Of a DNA stretch of 64,000 bases, positions 21,058 to 31,934 are shown piece after piece. How positions within the stretch are numbered: position 1 is the first letter of the stretch; each line of letters begins with the position of its first letter. The notes under the pieces were generated by a model. It made no database searches, was not told where the DNA came from, and worked only from the letters and a program-made list of their open reading frames with translations. The translations under genes and the position numbers were made by a program. The stretch is from Curvivirga sp. (GTDB taxonomy: Bacteria; Pseudomonadota; Alphaproteobacteria; UBA8366; Aestuariispiraceae): positions 323,919 to 387,918 of the forward strand of contig NZ_CBDCOT010000008.1 in NCBI RefSeq assembly GCF_965219885.1, read 5' to 3'.

Positions 21058-22518
21058 ATGACTATTCGTGAAGCGCTCACCTTCGACGACGTTTTGTTGC
21101 AACCAGCTCATTCAGAAGTTCTACCTCATCAGGTAAACACAGCAACACGATTTACGCGTGAAGTGAATCTAAATATCCCGATGGTTTCTGCAGCAATGGA
21201 TACTGTTACCGAAGGTCGTCTTGCGATCGCAATGGCACAACAAGGTGGTATCGGTGTTGTTCACAAAAATCTGGATATTGAACAACAAGCCGAAGAAGTT
21301 CGTAAAGTTAAACGTTTTGAATCTGGTATGGTCGTAAACCCAATTACTATTACGCCGGAACGCACATTAGGTGATGCGTTAGATGTTATGCGTTTTCATA
21401 ATATCTCCGGTATTCCTGTTGTTTCAAAACGAAAAAAACACTTAGTTGGTATTTTAACAAACCGTGATGTTCGTTTTGCAGATGACATGAATACACCTGT
21501 CAAAGAACTGATGACACGTAAAGGACTAGTTACAGTCAAAGAAGGCGTTGATCACGAAGAAGCAAAACGTCTTTTGCACTCGCACCGTATTGAAAAACTA
21601 TTAGTCGTTGATGACCAACGCCATTGCGTTGGGTTAATCACAGTCAAGGATATGGAAAAATCCCAAAATTACCCCCATGCCTGTAAAGATGATCAAGGAC
21701 GTCTTCGTGTTGCTGCTGCCACAGGAACTGGCACTTCTGGTATTGAACGATCTGAAGCATTAATTGATGCAGGTGTGGATGTGGTGATTGTGGATACTGC
21801 CCATGGTCATTCCCAAGGGGTTATCGATCAGGTAGCTGCGGTTAAAAAGCTTTCAAATTCTGTACAAGTTATTGCAGGTAACATTGCGACACCTGCGGCG
21901 GCACAAGCGTTGATTGATGCTGGCGCGGACGCCGTCAAAATCGGTATTGGACCTGGTTCTATCTGCACAACACGTATTGTTGCTGGTGTTGGAGTTCCGC
22001 AATTAACAGCTGTCATGGAATGTGCTGAAGTATGTCATAAACATGGTGTACCTGCGATTGCGGATGGTGGCATTAAGTTTTCAGGTGATATCGCAAAGGC
22101 GATTGCAGCAGGGGCAGACTGCGTGATGGTAGGCTCTCTTCTTGCTGGAACAGAAGAAGCACCGGGTGAAACATTCTTGTATCAAGGTCGTTCCTATAAA
22201 TCCTATCGTGGTATGGGCTCTGCTGGCGCAATGGCACGTGGATCAGCAGATCGTTACTTTCAGGAATCTGTGAATGAAAGCAATAAATTTGTACCAGAAG
22301 GCGTAGAAGGACGTGTACCTTATAAAGGCCCTGTTGGTGGTGTTATTCATCAATTGAATGGAGGCTTAAAAGCCGCTATGGGTTATACAGGCAATGCAAC
22401 TATTGCCGACATGCAAAAGAAATGTGAATTCCGTAAAATCACCTCTGCAGGCCTACGTGAATCACATGTACATGACATCACAGTAACAAAGGAAGCACCT
22501 AACTACCAAGGTCGCTAA
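21058..22518 (+). CDS. guaB: IMP dehydrogenase
   Basis: 486 aa with a CBS pair, the catalytic loop [11 protein letters not shown], and [12 protein letters not shown]. Confidence 0.95.
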   Translation: MTIREALTFDDVLLQPAHSEVLPHQVNTATRFTREVNLNIPMVSAAMDTVTEGRLAIAMAQQGGIGVVHKNLDIEQQAEEVRKVKRFESGMVVNPITITPERTLGDALDVMRFHNISGIPVVSKRKKHLVGILTNRDVRFADDMNTPVKELMTRKGLVTVKEGVDHEEAKRLLHSHRIEKLLVVDDQRHCVGLITVKDMEKSQNYPHACKDDQGRLRVAAATGTGTSGIERSEALIDAGVDVVIVDTAHGHSQGVIDQVAAVKKLSNSVQVIAGNIATPAAAQALIDAGADAVKIGIGPGSICTTRIVAGVGVPQLTAVMECAEVCHKHGVPAIADGGIKFSGDIAKAIAAGADCVMVGSLLAGTEEAPGETFLYQGRSYKSYRGMGSAGAMARGSADRYFQESVNESNKFVPEGVEGRVPYKGPVGGVIHQLNGGLKAAMGYTGNATIADMQKKCEFRKITSAGLRESHVHDITVTKEAPNYQGR

Positions 22519-22524
22519 GGAGAT

Positions 22525-23073
22525 ATGACAAATCGCCGCCTAGAAACAGAACGATTGATCCTCAGACCTATTGAAGAGGCTGATATCGACCTTGCCCTGG
22601 AAATGAATACTGATCCAGAGGTAACAAAGCATCTGGGCGGCCCTTTGTCTGTTGAAGAGAATCAGAAGCGCATGAATAAGTGGCTTAATCTTCAAAAGGA
22701 AGGCCCACATTTTGGTATCTGGCTTATGGTTCGCAAAGAGGATAACCGCAAATTAGGTACAATTGGCATGTTTAAAATGCCCGTTGACGAAGAAGAAACG
22801 ACCTTCACCGATTATATAGAAATCGGATATCGTTCTATCCCAGAAGCATGGGGTAAAGGCTATATGACGGAAGGTGCCAAAGAAGTTATCCGCTATATCT
22901 TTACGCAAACAGAACTGGAAGAGATAGCCGGTTGCGCAGATCACGAAAATTTCGCATCTCAAACTGTGCTACAAAAAATTGGCTTGGAACCAAAAGGAAC
23001 CTTTTATTGCTATAGCGATGATCTTCCCTTCTTCTTGGCACAAAAAGATAAATGGTTAGCAGCATATGACTAA
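22525..23073 (+). CDS. GNAT N-acetyltransferase (RimJ/RimL-like), paralogue 1 of 3
   Basis: 182 aa with TERLILRPI, EIGY and WGKGYMTEG. An AAGGAG RBS overlaps the guaB stop. Confidence 0.8.
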   Translation: MTNRRLETERLILRPIEEADIDLALEMNTDPEVTKHLGGPLSVEENQKRMNKWLNLQKEGPHFGIWLMVRKEDNRKLGTIGMFKMPVDEEETTFTDYIEIGYRSIPEAWGKGYMTEGAKEVIRYIFTQTELEEIAGCADHENFASQTVLQKIGLEPKGTFYCYSDDLPFFLAQKDKWLAAYD

Positions 23074-23614
23074 ACCGATCCTAATAACTGACCGCCTTAT
23101 CTTACAGCCTCTAGAACATAATGATCTCGACTTGATCATTTCGCTCTTCACCGACGAAGAAATCATGAAATATGCAGGTGGCGCCGTTAATGCGGAAAGT
23201 TGTGAAAAAGAATTGCCGGATTATGCTGGTCTTGGGCATAAAGTCGCCCATCAAGGTGTTTGGACCATAGGGTTAAGAGAAACAGGTGAGAAATTTGGCA
23301 CTTTCTCGCTCTTCCCGATGCCAAAGGATAAAGAAGAAACAATCCCGACCGGACATACCGAAATTGGGTATTTTATTTTGAAAGACTATTGGGGAAAAGG
23401 ATATGTCACCGAAGCCGCTATACACATGATCAAATTTGCATTTACCGAGACGGATTTGGAACAACTTACTGCATGTGTTGATGACGAGAATACCGCCTCA
23501 CGCAATATTTTACAAAAGGTTGGCATGATTGAAGATGGTACAATTGAAGCGTATGGAACCACCCTGCCTTTCTTCACATTGAATAAACAAGATTGGCTTA
23601 CGAAGAATGGCTGA
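23066..23614 (+). CDS. GNAT N-acetyltransferase (RimJ/RimL-like), paralogue 2 of 3
   Basis: 182 aa with TDRLILQPL, EIGY and WGKGYVTEA. The start overlaps the previous stop by 8 nt (ATGACTAA). Confidence 0.8.
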   Translation: MTKPILITDRLILQPLEHNDLDLIISLFTDEEIMKYAGGAVNAESCEKELPDYAGLGHKVAHQGVWTIGLRETGEKFGTFSLFPMPKDKEETIPTGHTEIGYFILKDYWGKGYVTEAAIHMIKFAFTETDLEQLTACVDDENTASRNILQKVGMIEDGTIEAYGTTLPFFTLNKQDWLTKNG

Positions 23615-24155
23615 AGTTATTGAAACAGACCGCCTTATCCTGCGACCAATTGATGAAGATGATAAGGAATTCATCTTTTCAATGAATGAAAATGCACAAA
23701 TGATGGAGACCTTGCCAGAAATCCCTTTCACCAGTGCTGAGCTACGAAAAAGAGAGGATTGGCTATTTCAAAGCGAAGGTAAAATCCACGGTGGTGCTTG
23801 GATCATGCTGACAAAAGAAGACAATGCACCAATCGGCAGTATCATCTTTTGTAAAATGCCACTTAGCGAATATGGCATTGCCCCTGTCACCTATACCGAT
23901 CATGTTGAAATCGGATATCGTTGCCTCCCGGAAACATGGGGGAAAGGCTATACAACCGAAGCAGGTAAAGCTGTTATTTCCTACGTTTTTGAGAACAATA
24001 TTCTCAATCAAGTTACGGCCTGTACGGATGACGATAATCTGGCGTCTCAAGCGGTTTTAAAGAAGATCGGATTAAAACCAGCAGGACGCACAGATTGCTA
24101 TGGTGGAAATTTCCCGTTTTTCGCAATTTCCAAGGAGGATTGGCTTGCCTCTTAA
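23607..24155 (+). CDS. GNAT N-acetyltransferase (RimJ/RimL-like), paralogue 3 of 3
   Basis: 182 aa with TDRLILRPI, EIGY and WGKGYTTEA. The start overlaps the previous stop by 8 nt (ATGGCTGA). Confidence 0.8.
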   Translation: MAEVIETDRLILRPIDEDDKEFIFSMNENAQMMETLPEIPFTSAELRKREDWLFQSEGKIHGGAWIMLTKEDNAPIGSIIFCKMPLSEYGIAPVTYTDHVEIGYRCLPETWGKGYTTEAGKAVISYVFENNILNQVTACTDDDNLASQAVLKKIGLKPAGRTDCYGGNFPFFAISKEDWLAS

Positions 24156-24234
24156 GGCGTTTTCTCTTAAATCACTGCTTTACAGAATTTTTACCTCAAA
24201 AGACTGAATTATTGAGGTTAGTTAGGATAATTGA

Positions 24235-25557
24235 ATGACCCCAGGCGCACAAATTGCAGCCGCTATTGATCTTCTAGATCAAATGGATCGCCCAGACGCT
24301 CCTCCTGCAGATAAAGTATTAAGTGATTGGAACCGTGCAAATCGTTATGCAGGGTCAAAGGACCGTAATGCAATTGCCTCCCTCTTCTATGCCGTTCTGC
24401 GTTATCGTGGACAACTAGATTGGTGGATTAAACGTTGTCAGGGTGGCGATGGCCAAAACCGCCATCGCATGGTGATCTGGCTTACACTTGGCGAAGGTTT
24501 CTCAATGGAGGAGATCAAACCTTTCTTCGATGGGGAGCGTTACAATCCAAAACCACTCACCCCAGCTGAGGAGCGTATCCTAATTGAACTTAGCCAAGAA
24601 AAATTGGATAAATCTTGTCAACCAGACATGACCCAAGCCAATGCACCTTTGTGGTTGGAAGAAAATTTTAAAACAGTATTTGGTGAAAATATTAAACAAG
24701 AGCTTTCAGCTTTCTGCGAAGAAGCACCTGTGGATCTGCGTGTAAATACGCTTAAAGCATCAAAAGAAGAAGCTAAACAAGCCCTGAAAGAAGAAGGCAT
24801 AGAGACAGCTGACTGTGATTACTCTCCCTTTGGGTTACGTTTGGAACGTCGTCGCCCCCTATCAGGCACAAAAGCCTTCAAAGACGGGTTAGTTGAGGTA
24901 CAAGATGAAGGCTCGCAATTAGCAGCTATTCTGGCTGATACAAAACCGGGACATAAAGTTGTTGATTTCTGCGCTGGTGCTGGCGGTAAGTCACTAGCCA
25001 TGGGAGCTGCAATGAATAACACAGGCCGCATTATTGCCTGTGATGTATCCGAAGGTCGTTTAAAACGTGCAGCTATTCGGTTTAAGCGCGCAGGCCTTTA
25101 TATGATTGAGCGTCGTACGTTAACAAGTGAACGTGATAAATGGGTGAAACGTCGTTCAGGTCGCATGGATGGTGGATTTGATCGTGTATTTGTAGATGCA
25201 CCCTGCACAGGTACAGGTACATGGCGTCGTAACCCTGATCAAAAATGGAAACTCACCCAAAAAGATGTTGAGGAATTAGCAACTCTGCAATCTTCAATTC
25301 TGGACTCTGCCTGTCGTTTGGTTGTGCCGGGTGGACGCTTGATTTACGTAACCTGCTCTATCCTTCAAGAGGAAAATGAAGCGCAAGTTGAACGTTTCTT
25401 GAAAGAAAATGATAACTTCTTCATCCATCCAATTAAAGATGTTTGGAAAGATACGTTGGGCAGTGACTGTCCAACAGACAAAGATTATTTACGCCTGACA
25501 CCGCATGCACACGGAACCGATGGTTTCTTTGTCGCGGTAATGGGTCGAAAACTGTAA
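24235..25557 (+). CDS. rsmB: RsmB/Sun-family SAM-dependent rRNA cytosine-C5 methyltransferase
   Basis: 440 aa with DFCAGAGGKS, VDAPCTGTGTWRRNPD and YVTCSILQEEN, which carry the two catalytic Cys motifs. Confidence 0.85.
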   Translation: MTPGAQIAAAIDLLDQMDRPDAPPADKVLSDWNRANRYAGSKDRNAIASLFYAVLRYRGQLDWWIKRCQGGDGQNRHRMVIWLTLGEGFSMEEIKPFFDGERYNPKPLTPAEERILIELSQEKLDKSCQPDMTQANAPLWLEENFKTVFGENIKQELSAFCEEAPVDLRVNTLKASKEEAKQALKEEGIETADCDYSPFGLRLERRRPLSGTKAFKDGLVEVQDEGSQLAAILADTKPGHKVVDFCAGAGGKSLAMGAAMNNTGRIIACDVSEGRLKRAAIRFKRAGLYMIERRTLTSERDKWVKRRSGRMDGGFDRVFVDAPCTGTGTWRRNPDQKWKLTQKDVEELATLQSSILDSACRLVVPGGRLIYVTCSILQEENEAQVERFLKENDNFFIHPIKDVWKDTLGSDCPTDKDYLRLTPHAHGTDGFFVAVMGRKL

Positions 25558-25589
25558 TTTTATAAGTGTGAACGGTAAGGATAAAACAT

Positions 25590-27140
25590 ATGAGCGAACG
25601 TATACTCATTATTGACTTTGGATCGCAAGTCACCCAACTAATTGCGCGCCGTGCTCGTGAAGCTGGTGTGTATAGTGAAATTCATCCTTTCAACAAAGTA
25701 ACCGTTGAAACAGTTAAAGACTTCGATCCAAAGGGTATTATCCTTTCTGGTGGCCCGGCAAGTGTGACAGAGATCGACTCCCCACGTGCCCCACAAGAAA
25801 TTTTTGATCTCGGCCTTCCAATCCTAGGTATCTGCTACGGCCAACAAACCATGTGTGAACAACTTGGTGGTAAAGTTGAGAATTCCGATCACCAAGAATT
25901 TGGTCGTGCTGAGATTGATATCGTTGAAGATTGTGACCTTTTCCATGGTGCATGGAATGTAGGTACACAAGAAGTTGTTTGGATGAGCCATGGTGACAAA
26001 GTTGGTAAACTTCCAGAAGGTTTCCGTATTGTCGCAAAAACAGGTGGCGCACCTTATGCAGCTATCGCAAATGATGAAAAACGTTTCTATGGTGTTCAGT
26101 TTCACCCCGAAGTTGCCCATACACCGCATGGTGCACAACTAATCAATAACTTCATCCACGGTGTTTGTGGGTGTAAGGGCGACTGGACAATGGCAGCTTA
26201 TAAACAGCAGGCAATCGAAGCCATCCGCCGTCAAGTTGGTGACAAGAAAGTGATCTGCGGCCTCTCCGGTGGTGTTGATTCTTCAGTCGCAGCTGTATTG
26301 ATCCATGAGGCAATTGGCGACCAACTCACATGTATCTTTGTTGATCATGGCCTACTTCGCCTAAACGAAGCAGAACAAGTCGTTGATTTATTCTCTAAAC
26401 ATTACAATATTCCTTTGGTTCATCGTAATGCAGAGGATTTATTCCTTGGCAAGCTTGAAGGTCAAAGTGATCCAGAAACAAAACGCAAAATCATTGGTGG
26501 TTTGTTTATCGACGTATTCGAAGAAGAAGCAAATAAAATCGGTGGCGCTGATTTCTTGGCCCAAGGCACCCTTTATCCAGATGTGATTGAATCTGTATCT
26601 TTCACAGGTGGTCCTTCACAAACTATTAAATCCCATCATAACGTGGGTGGTTTACCGGAACGCATGAATATGGATTTGGTTGAACCTCTTCGTGAATTAT
26701 TTAAAGATGAAGTACGTGCCCTTGGCCGTGAACTGGGGATTCCAGAAAGCCTTCTTGGTCGTCACCCATTCCCTGGACCGGGTTTAGCAATCCGCATTCC
26801 GGGTGATCTCACCAAAGAAAAATGCGATATTCTTCGTAAAGCTGACGCCATCTATTTAGATGAAATTCGTAAAGCAGGTCTTTATGACGAAATCTGGCAA
26901 GCATTTATGGTTCTATTACCAGTGAAAACCGTAGGTGTTATGGGTGACGCCCGTACCTATGAATATGTGGCTGCGATGCGTGCGGTGACGTCGACAGATG
27001 GTATGACAGCTGATGTTTATCCGTTTGAGCCAGCTTTCCTTACAGCAACAGCAACCCGCATTGTAAATGAGGTTCGTGGAATTAACCGCGTTTGTTACGA
27101 TTACACATCGAAACCTCCTGGAACAATTGAGTGGGAATAA
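25590..27140 (+). CDS. guaA: GMP synthase (glutamine-hydrolysing)
   Basis: 516 aa with a GATase domain ([12 protein letters not shown]), the PP-loop [10 protein letters not shown] and a C-terminal PPGTIEWE. Confidence 0.95.
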   Translation: MSERILIIDFGSQVTQLIARRAREAGVYSEIHPFNKVTVETVKDFDPKGIILSGGPASVTEIDSPRAPQEIFDLGLPILGICYGQQTMCEQLGGKVENSDHQEFGRAEIDIVEDCDLFHGAWNVGTQEVVWMSHGDKVGKLPEGFRIVAKTGGAPYAAIANDEKRFYGVQFHPEVAHTPHGAQLINNFIHGVCGCKGDWTMAAYKQQAIEAIRRQVGDKKVICGLSGGVDSSVAAVLIHEAIGDQLTCIFVDHGLLRLNEAEQVVDLFSKHYNIPLVHRNAEDLFLGKLEGQSDPETKRKIIGGLFIDVFEEEANKIGGADFLAQGTLYPDVIESVSFTGGPSQTIKSHHNVGGLPERMNMDLVEPLRELFKDEVRALGRELGIPESLLGRHPFPGPGLAIRIPGDLTKEKCDILRKADAIYLDEIRKAGLYDEIWQAFMVLLPVKTVGVMGDARTYEYVAAMRAVTSTDGMTADVYPFEPAFLTATATRIVNEVRGINRVCYDYTSKPPGTIEWE

Positions 27141-27159
27141 AGAACACTCGGTTTATTCA

Positions 27160-27192
27160 AGCCAGCATCTATATCAGATGCTGGCTTTTTTT
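27160..27192 (+). terminator. Rho-independent terminator of guaA
   Basis: Perfect 11-bp stem AGCCAGCATCT/AGATGCTGGCT with a 5-nt loop, followed by a run of Ts (27187-27192). Confidence 0.85.
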
Positions 27193-27371
27193 GTGTTCTA
27201 TAAAAAAAGCACTAACATATTATGATTAAAGGAAAATCTATCGCCAAATATGTTTAGTAAACATTTAAACTTCAAGTAAAGATAGATTGAAAGCATGAAT
27301 AATTTATATCATATCTATATTTTATTGAAATTTATCTAAAATACTATATATTCGGATCATAACGATTTTAA

Positions 27372-29519
27372 ATGGTGATTCATATGAGTATTATTGTAAA
27401 CAACAGTAACAAGGTTATCATCCTTCATTACGAAGCTCTTGCTGAACAAAGCTTGTTTGAATATGTACCGGGTTATTCGGTACTTACTGACTTCGATCCA
27501 GAAATGGCAATTATAACCGTATCTGGCGATAATATTGTATTCACCTTTGCAGATGGCACGACTTTTACTTTAACAAAAATTGTGAACTATCTTGTGGAAG
27601 AAGGCGTTCCAGAGACCGACTTCAGTGACATACCATCTTTGAATAATCTCTTTGATTACATCTTCGATGAAGACTTTATGCTTGAAGAATTAAACGAAAT
27701 TGCGCCGGCTGCAAATTCAGAGAATCAAACCTCACATATATTTACGCAACAAAGAGAAGAAGTTATTGAAAACGCAGATGTCATCTCAGTGAAGCCACGA
27801 AATATTCAAACGCTAGATAATACTGAAGAAGTGAGGCTCGCAGTAAATCCTCTGCCAATCATCAAAGGAAAACCATTCTCTCAAAATCTTCAAAACGAAA
27901 CAAGAGATGAAAAAGCGTCGGCAAATCAAATACCTGGTGACAATTTTGAAGGTACAGCAAGAAAAGATGTTTATAACGGTTCTGCCGGAGATGATCTAAT
28001 TTATGGTTATGAACATAATGACACTCTAAGTGGCGCTGAAGGCAATGACAGGATTCTTGGCGGTACAGGTAGAGATAAGCTTTATGGGAATTCAGGTAAT
28101 GACATCCTATCTGGAGAAGAAGGGAATGATCGTCTCTATGGTGGTACTGGACAAGATACACTAAATGGTGGTTCTGGTAGAGATCTTCTTTATGGCAATG
28201 AAGGACAGGATACACTTTCAGGTGGCGCAGGGCATGATGTCCTGCGCGGAGGTGCAGATAATGACCTCTTAAATGGCAATGAAGGGAATGATCGCCTCTA
28301 TGGTGGAGATGGAAATGATATCCTGACAGATACGTCAGGCAGAAACCGCCTTTATGGTGAAGACGGTAATGATCAACTCACAACTGGTGATAATAACGAC
28401 CGCCTCTATGGTGGCTCTGGTAATGATACACTCGTCGCAGGCGGCGGAGCAGATCGTCTTTATGGTGGTGAAGGTAATGATAGTCTAGATGGTGGTTCTG
28501 GTAATGACAGACTCACAGGCGGTTCCGGCGAAGATATACTCTCTGGTGGCCTAGGAAATGACATATTGCGTGGTGGCGCTGATAATGACCAGTTAAATGG
28601 CAATGAAGGTAATGACCGCCTTTATGGCGGAGATGGAAATGATATCCTGACAGATACGTCAGGCAAAAACCGCCTTTATGGTGAAGACGGAGATGATCAA
28701 CTCACAACTGGCGATAATAACGACCGCCTCTATGGAGGCTCAGGTAATGATATACTCCTAGCAGGCGGTGGAGCAGATCGTCTTTATGGTGGTGAAGGAA
28801 ATGATAGTCTAGATGGTGGCTCTGGTAATGACAGACTAACAGGTGGTTCCGGCGAAGACATACTCTCTGGTGGCCTAGGAAATGACATATTGCGTGGTGG
28901 CGCTGATAATGATCAGCTAAATGGCAATGAAGGTAATGACCGCCTTTATGGCGGAGATGGAAATGATATCCTGACAGATACGTCAGGCAGAAACCGCCTT
29001 TACGGTGAAGACGGCAATGATCAACTCACAACTGGCGATAATAACGACCGCCTCTATGGCGGAGCAGGTAATGATACACTCGTCGCAGGCGGCGGAGCGG
29101 ATCGCCTATATGGTGGATCAGGTAACGATACGCTCATTGCAGGCGGTGGTGCGGATCGCCTATTTGCTGGCGAAGGCATAGATATTTTAGATGCCGGGTC
29201 TGGAAATGATCGCCTAACTGGTGGCCTCAATGATACCATGATAGGCGGTGCAGGTAATGATAGATTTTATCTAACAGATGTAGACGGCACACCGACAAAA
29301 GCAGGAATAATTGATGGTGGAGAGGGCAATAAAGATCGTCTCTATCTTGATGACTTAGTCGATGAAAACTGGGAAATCAAGGTCGGTGATGAGACCTTTG
29401 ATTCTTCTTCCAGTAAAAAAGACGTAAACGCAGCTATCAAAGCTGAAGCTGGTACGTTTAGTATCTCAATAAACGATATAGATATTGACGTGAAAGATGT
29501 AGAACGGGTCGATTGGTAA
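27372..29519 (+). CDS. RTX-type calcium-binding repeat protein (haemolysin-type GGxGxD nonapeptides) with an unassigned N-terminal region of about 200 aa
   Basis: By hand count, about 48 consecutive nonapeptides of the form L-x-G-G-x-G-N-D-x fill roughly 27972-29270. No Cys. No N-terminal signal peptide. The start may be the ATG at 27384. Confidence 0.85.
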   Translation: MVIHMSIIVNNSNKVIILHYEALAEQSLFEYVPGYSVLTDFDPEMAIITVSGDNIVFTFADGTTFTLTKIVNYLVEEGVPETDFSDIPSLNNLFDYIFDEDFMLEELNEIAPAANSENQTSHIFTQQREEVIENADVISVKPRNIQTLDNTEEVRLAVNPLPIIKGKPFSQNLQNETRDEKASANQIPGDNFEGTARKDVYNGSAGDDLIYGYEHNDTLSGAEGNDRILGGTGRDKLYGNSGNDILSGEEGNDRLYGGTGQDTLNGGSGRDLLYGNEGQDTLSGGAGHDVLRGGADNDLLNGNEGNDRLYGGDGNDILTDTSGRNRLYGEDGNDQLTTGDNNDRLYGGSGNDTLVAGGGADRLYGGEGNDSLDGGSGNDRLTGGSGEDILSGGLGNDILRGGADNDQLNGNEGNDRLYGGDGNDILTDTSGKNRLYGEDGDDQLTTGDNNDRLYGGSGNDILLAGGGADRLYGGEGNDSLDGGSGNDRLTGGSGEDILSGGLGNDILRGGADNDQLNGNEGNDRLYGGDGNDILTDTSGRNRLYGEDGNDQLTTGDNNDRLYGGAGNDTLVAGGGADRLYGGSGNDTLIAGGGADRLFAGEGIDILDAGSGNDRLTGGLNDTMIGGAGNDRFYLTDVDGTPTKAGIIDGGEGNKDRLYLDDLVDENWEIKVGDETFDSSSSKKDVNAAIKAEAGTFSISINDIDIDVKDVERVDW
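28242..29118 (+). repeat. 324-bp (108-aa, 12-nonapeptide) higher-order tandem repeat inside the RTX gene, about 2.7 copies
   Basis: Units begin at 28242, 28566 and 28890 (CTG/TTG CGN GGN GGN GCN GAT AAT GA...). Copies 2 and 3 are near-identical at nucleotide level over the first 170 nt or so. Copy 1 is more diverged. Confidence 0.9.
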
Positions 29520-29534
29520 AAAATCGTTTTGTCC

Positions 29535-29972
29535 CTACCCCTCCATAGGGATTGTGATCGGACCATCATTTACCAAAGACACCTGCATATCGGCTGCGAA
29601 CTGGCCTGTCTGAACTGGCAGGCCTTCTTCTTTTATCTTTTGAACAAAGTATTCGTATAATCGACACCCCTCATCAGGTGAAGCAGCTTTAGAAAAACCT
29701 GGACGGTTTCCTTTCTTCCAGTCAGCAGCAAGAGTAAACTGACTTACAACAAGTATCGACCCATTAATATCCTTAACGGATTTATTCATCTTTCCATTTT
29801 CGTCAGAAAAGATACGCATGGCTGCAATTTTGCGGGCAAAATAGTCCGCCTGACTATCTTCGTCCCCCTCTTCTGCACAGATTAATACGAGCAAACCTTG
29901 ATTAATTTTCCCAACGATCTCGCCTTCAACACGCACCGCTGCTTCTTTAACACGTTGAACAACAGCGCGCAT
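29535..29972 (-). CDS. dtd: D-aminoacyl-tRNA deacylase
   Basis: 145 aa with MRAVVQRV...GLLVLI...SQFTL...NDGPIT. Confidence 0.9.
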   Translation of the reverse strand: MRAVVQRVKEAAVRVEGEIVGKINQGLLVLICAEEGDEDSQADYFARKIAAMRIFSDENGKMNKSVKDINGSILVVSQFTLAADWKKGNRPGFSKAASPDEGCRLYEYFVQKIKEEGLPVQTGQFAADMQVSLVNDGPITIPMEG

Positions 29973-29974
29973 AA

Positions 29975-30763
29975 TTATGTTACATCCATCGGATTATATT
30001 CATCATAATTTGGTAAATCCGGACGTTCACCGGAAAATCCTTGAGCAACCAAGAACATCTCAGCAGAATCTTTGCGACTTGATGCAGGTTTATTATGGGC
30101 CACTTTCTTGAAATGTTTCTTCAATAACGAAAGTAATTCACTTTCAGTTCCACCAGCGAATACCTTGGCAACAAAAATTCCGCCAGGTTTTAAAACTTCC
30201 ATTGCAAAATACGCTGCTGCCTCTACAAGGCCAACAATGCGTAAATGATCGGTTTGAGCATGCCCTGTAGTAAACGGTGCCATATCAGACAATACCGCAT
30301 CAACTTCAGCACCTTTTAAAAGGGCTTTCAACTTATCTGGTGCATCATCTTCCATAAAGTCGCCCTGAATCAGATCAGCACCGGGAATAGGCTCAACTTC
30401 CTGGAGGTCAATCCCAACAACCTTACCTTCTTTACCAATGCGTTCTTGTGCAACTTGGACCCAACCGCCCGGTGCACAACCTAAATCAACAATGACCTGC
30501 CCTGGATGCAGAAAATCATATTTATCATCTAATTCAGCGAGCTTAAATGCAGCACGACCACGATACCCTAAACGACGTGCTTCTGCGACATATGGGTCAT
30601 TCAATTGTCGTTCTAACCAGCGCGTAGAAGAAATCTTACGACGTTTCGCGGTTTTCACACGCACACGTTGCTGACGGCCATCAGTCACATTTCTAATATT
30701 TCCAGATCCTTTCGAACCTGTTTTTTTCCCGCCACCAGAACGGTTACGTCCATTAGCTGCCAT
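29975..30763 (-). CDS. rlmE: 23S rRNA (uridine-2'-O)-methyltransferase RlmE/FtsJ
   Basis: 262 aa with a basic N-terminal extension, [11 protein letters not shown] and the SAM motif [11 protein letters not shown]. Confidence 0.9.
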   Translation of the reverse strand: MAANGRNRSGGGKKTGSKGSGNIRNVTDGRQQRVRVKTAKRRKISSTRWLERQLNDPYVAEARRLGYRGRAAFKLAELDDKYDFLHPGQVIVDLGCAPGGWVQVAQERIGKEGKVVGIDLQEVEPIPGADLIQGDFMEDDAPDKLKALLKGAEVDAVLSDMAPFTTGHAQTDHLRIVGLVEAAAYFAMEVLKPGGIFVAKVFAGGTESELLSLLKKHFKKVAHNKPASSRKDSAEMFLVAQGFSGERPDLPNYDEYNPMDVT

Positions 30764-31862
30764 GGCTCCAATTCTCCTCAGCTTCCTGATCGGCCGCAGC
30801 CATTAAATCAATTAACACACCTTCACGAATACCACGATCGGCTACACAAAGTCGACCAACTTGCCAAACCTGACAAATCGCTTCCAGAATAATACATCCC
30901 GCTAAAACAAGGTCCGCTCGTTCCTTGCCCACACATGGACAATCTTCACGTTCTTGTAATGTCATAGATCGTAGACGAGAGGCAATATCCTCTGCGGACT
31001 TAAAACTCAAGACCGCACCGTCAACTTTTGATCGAATATAATGAGGTAGCCCTAAATCAATGCCCGTTACTGTCGTAACTGTGCCTGAAGTACCAAGCAT
31101 CTGTACAGAGCCTTTTGCTACTTCACTGGATATGCCATACTGTTGATCAAAGTCCTGAAATAAAGATGCAATTTTTTCCACCCAGAGTTCGAAATCTGGT
31201 CCTGCCAATTTTGACAGCCCAACTTGTTCGCCAAGCGTAACGACACCATAAGGAATTGAAATGCAATCAATTACCTCTGGTCCCTGCTTATTACCTGCAT
31301 TTGTACGAACCCAAATAACTTGTGTGCTTCCGCCGCCGATATCAAATACCAGAGCATACTTTTTGCTTTCTTCCATCAAAGGAACACAGCCAGCAATCGC
31401 AAGATGCGCTTCTTCTCTCGCACCGATCACTTCCAGTAAAACGCCAGTTTCACTCATAACTCTTGCAATAAATTGATCAGCGTTAATAGCTTGACGACAG
31501 GCTTCTGTTGTAATCGCCCGAATACGCGTAGCTTTACGAAAACGTACTTTTTCCATACATGCCTGTAGAGCTTGAATAGCTCTTCTTTGTGCAGCTTCGT
31601 TTAGTCGTCCTGTTGATGCAATCCCCTCACCTAAACGTACAATACGGGAAAATGAATCGATAACTCGAAAGCCGTTTTTGGAGGGACGAGCTACAAGTAA
31701 ACGACAATTATGAGTGCCTAGATCAATAGCGCCATAAGTATGTGCCCAACGTCCAGTAGACGGCATAAACCGACTACGAGGAGTCATACGTCTACTTTTA
31801 AAATGTCTAGCCATCGAAACCCTGATTCTTTTTGTTATGATGGGTACTATAAGTTTCGCCAT
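30753..31862 (-). CDS. Ppx/GppA-family exopolyphosphatase / guanosine pentaphosphate phosphohydrolase
   Basis: [14 protein letters not shown] and FDIGGGSTQ are actin-like ATPase-fold phosphate motifs. The true start is uncertain (M1, or M17 at MARHF). The 3' end overlaps the rlmE start by 11 nt. Confidence 0.8.
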   Translation of the reverse strand: MAKLIVPIITKRIRVSMARHFKSRRMTPRSRFMPSTGRWAHTYGAIDLGTHNCRLLVARPSKNGFRVIDSFSRIVRLGEGIASTGRLNEAAQRRAIQALQACMEKVRFRKATRIRAITTEACRQAINADQFIARVMSETGVLLEVIGAREEAHLAIAGCVPLMEESKKYALVFDIGGGSTQVIWVRTNAGNKQGPEVIDCISIPYGVVTLGEQVGLSKLAGPDFELWVEKIASLFQDFDQQYGISSEVAKGSVQMLGTSGTVTTVTGIDLGLPHYIRSKVDGAVLSFKSAEDIASRLRSMTLQEREDCPCVGKERADLVLAGCIILEAICQVWQVGRLCVADRGIREGVLIDLMAAADQEAEENWSHGS

Positions 31863-31934
31863 TCAACCTATAAACAATAATGCTATATAAGCTGGCGTTA
31901 GATGTAACCCTTTAATTACGATAATAGCTAAATA

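Noticed and set aside
22525-24155. Possibility that the GNAT triplet is a GNAT toxin-antitoxin (TacT/AtaT-like) module
   Set aside because: No small RHH or other antitoxin ORF is adjacent. The proteins have the RimJ/RimL-type layout (WGKGY motif, about 180 aa) and are coupled to guaB.
27972-29270. Highly regular short repeats that could look like a CRISPR array or satellite
   Set aside because: The 27-nt period is in frame and encodes GGxGxD nonapeptides within one long ORF. There are no unique spacers and no cas genes. It is a coding RTX repeat.
27193-29534. Calling the RTX gene plus its AT-rich flank a genomic island or mobile element
   Set aside because: There is no integrase, transposase, tRNA target or flanking direct repeats. 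I can say only that it looks like a single-gene insertion relative to conserved neighbours.
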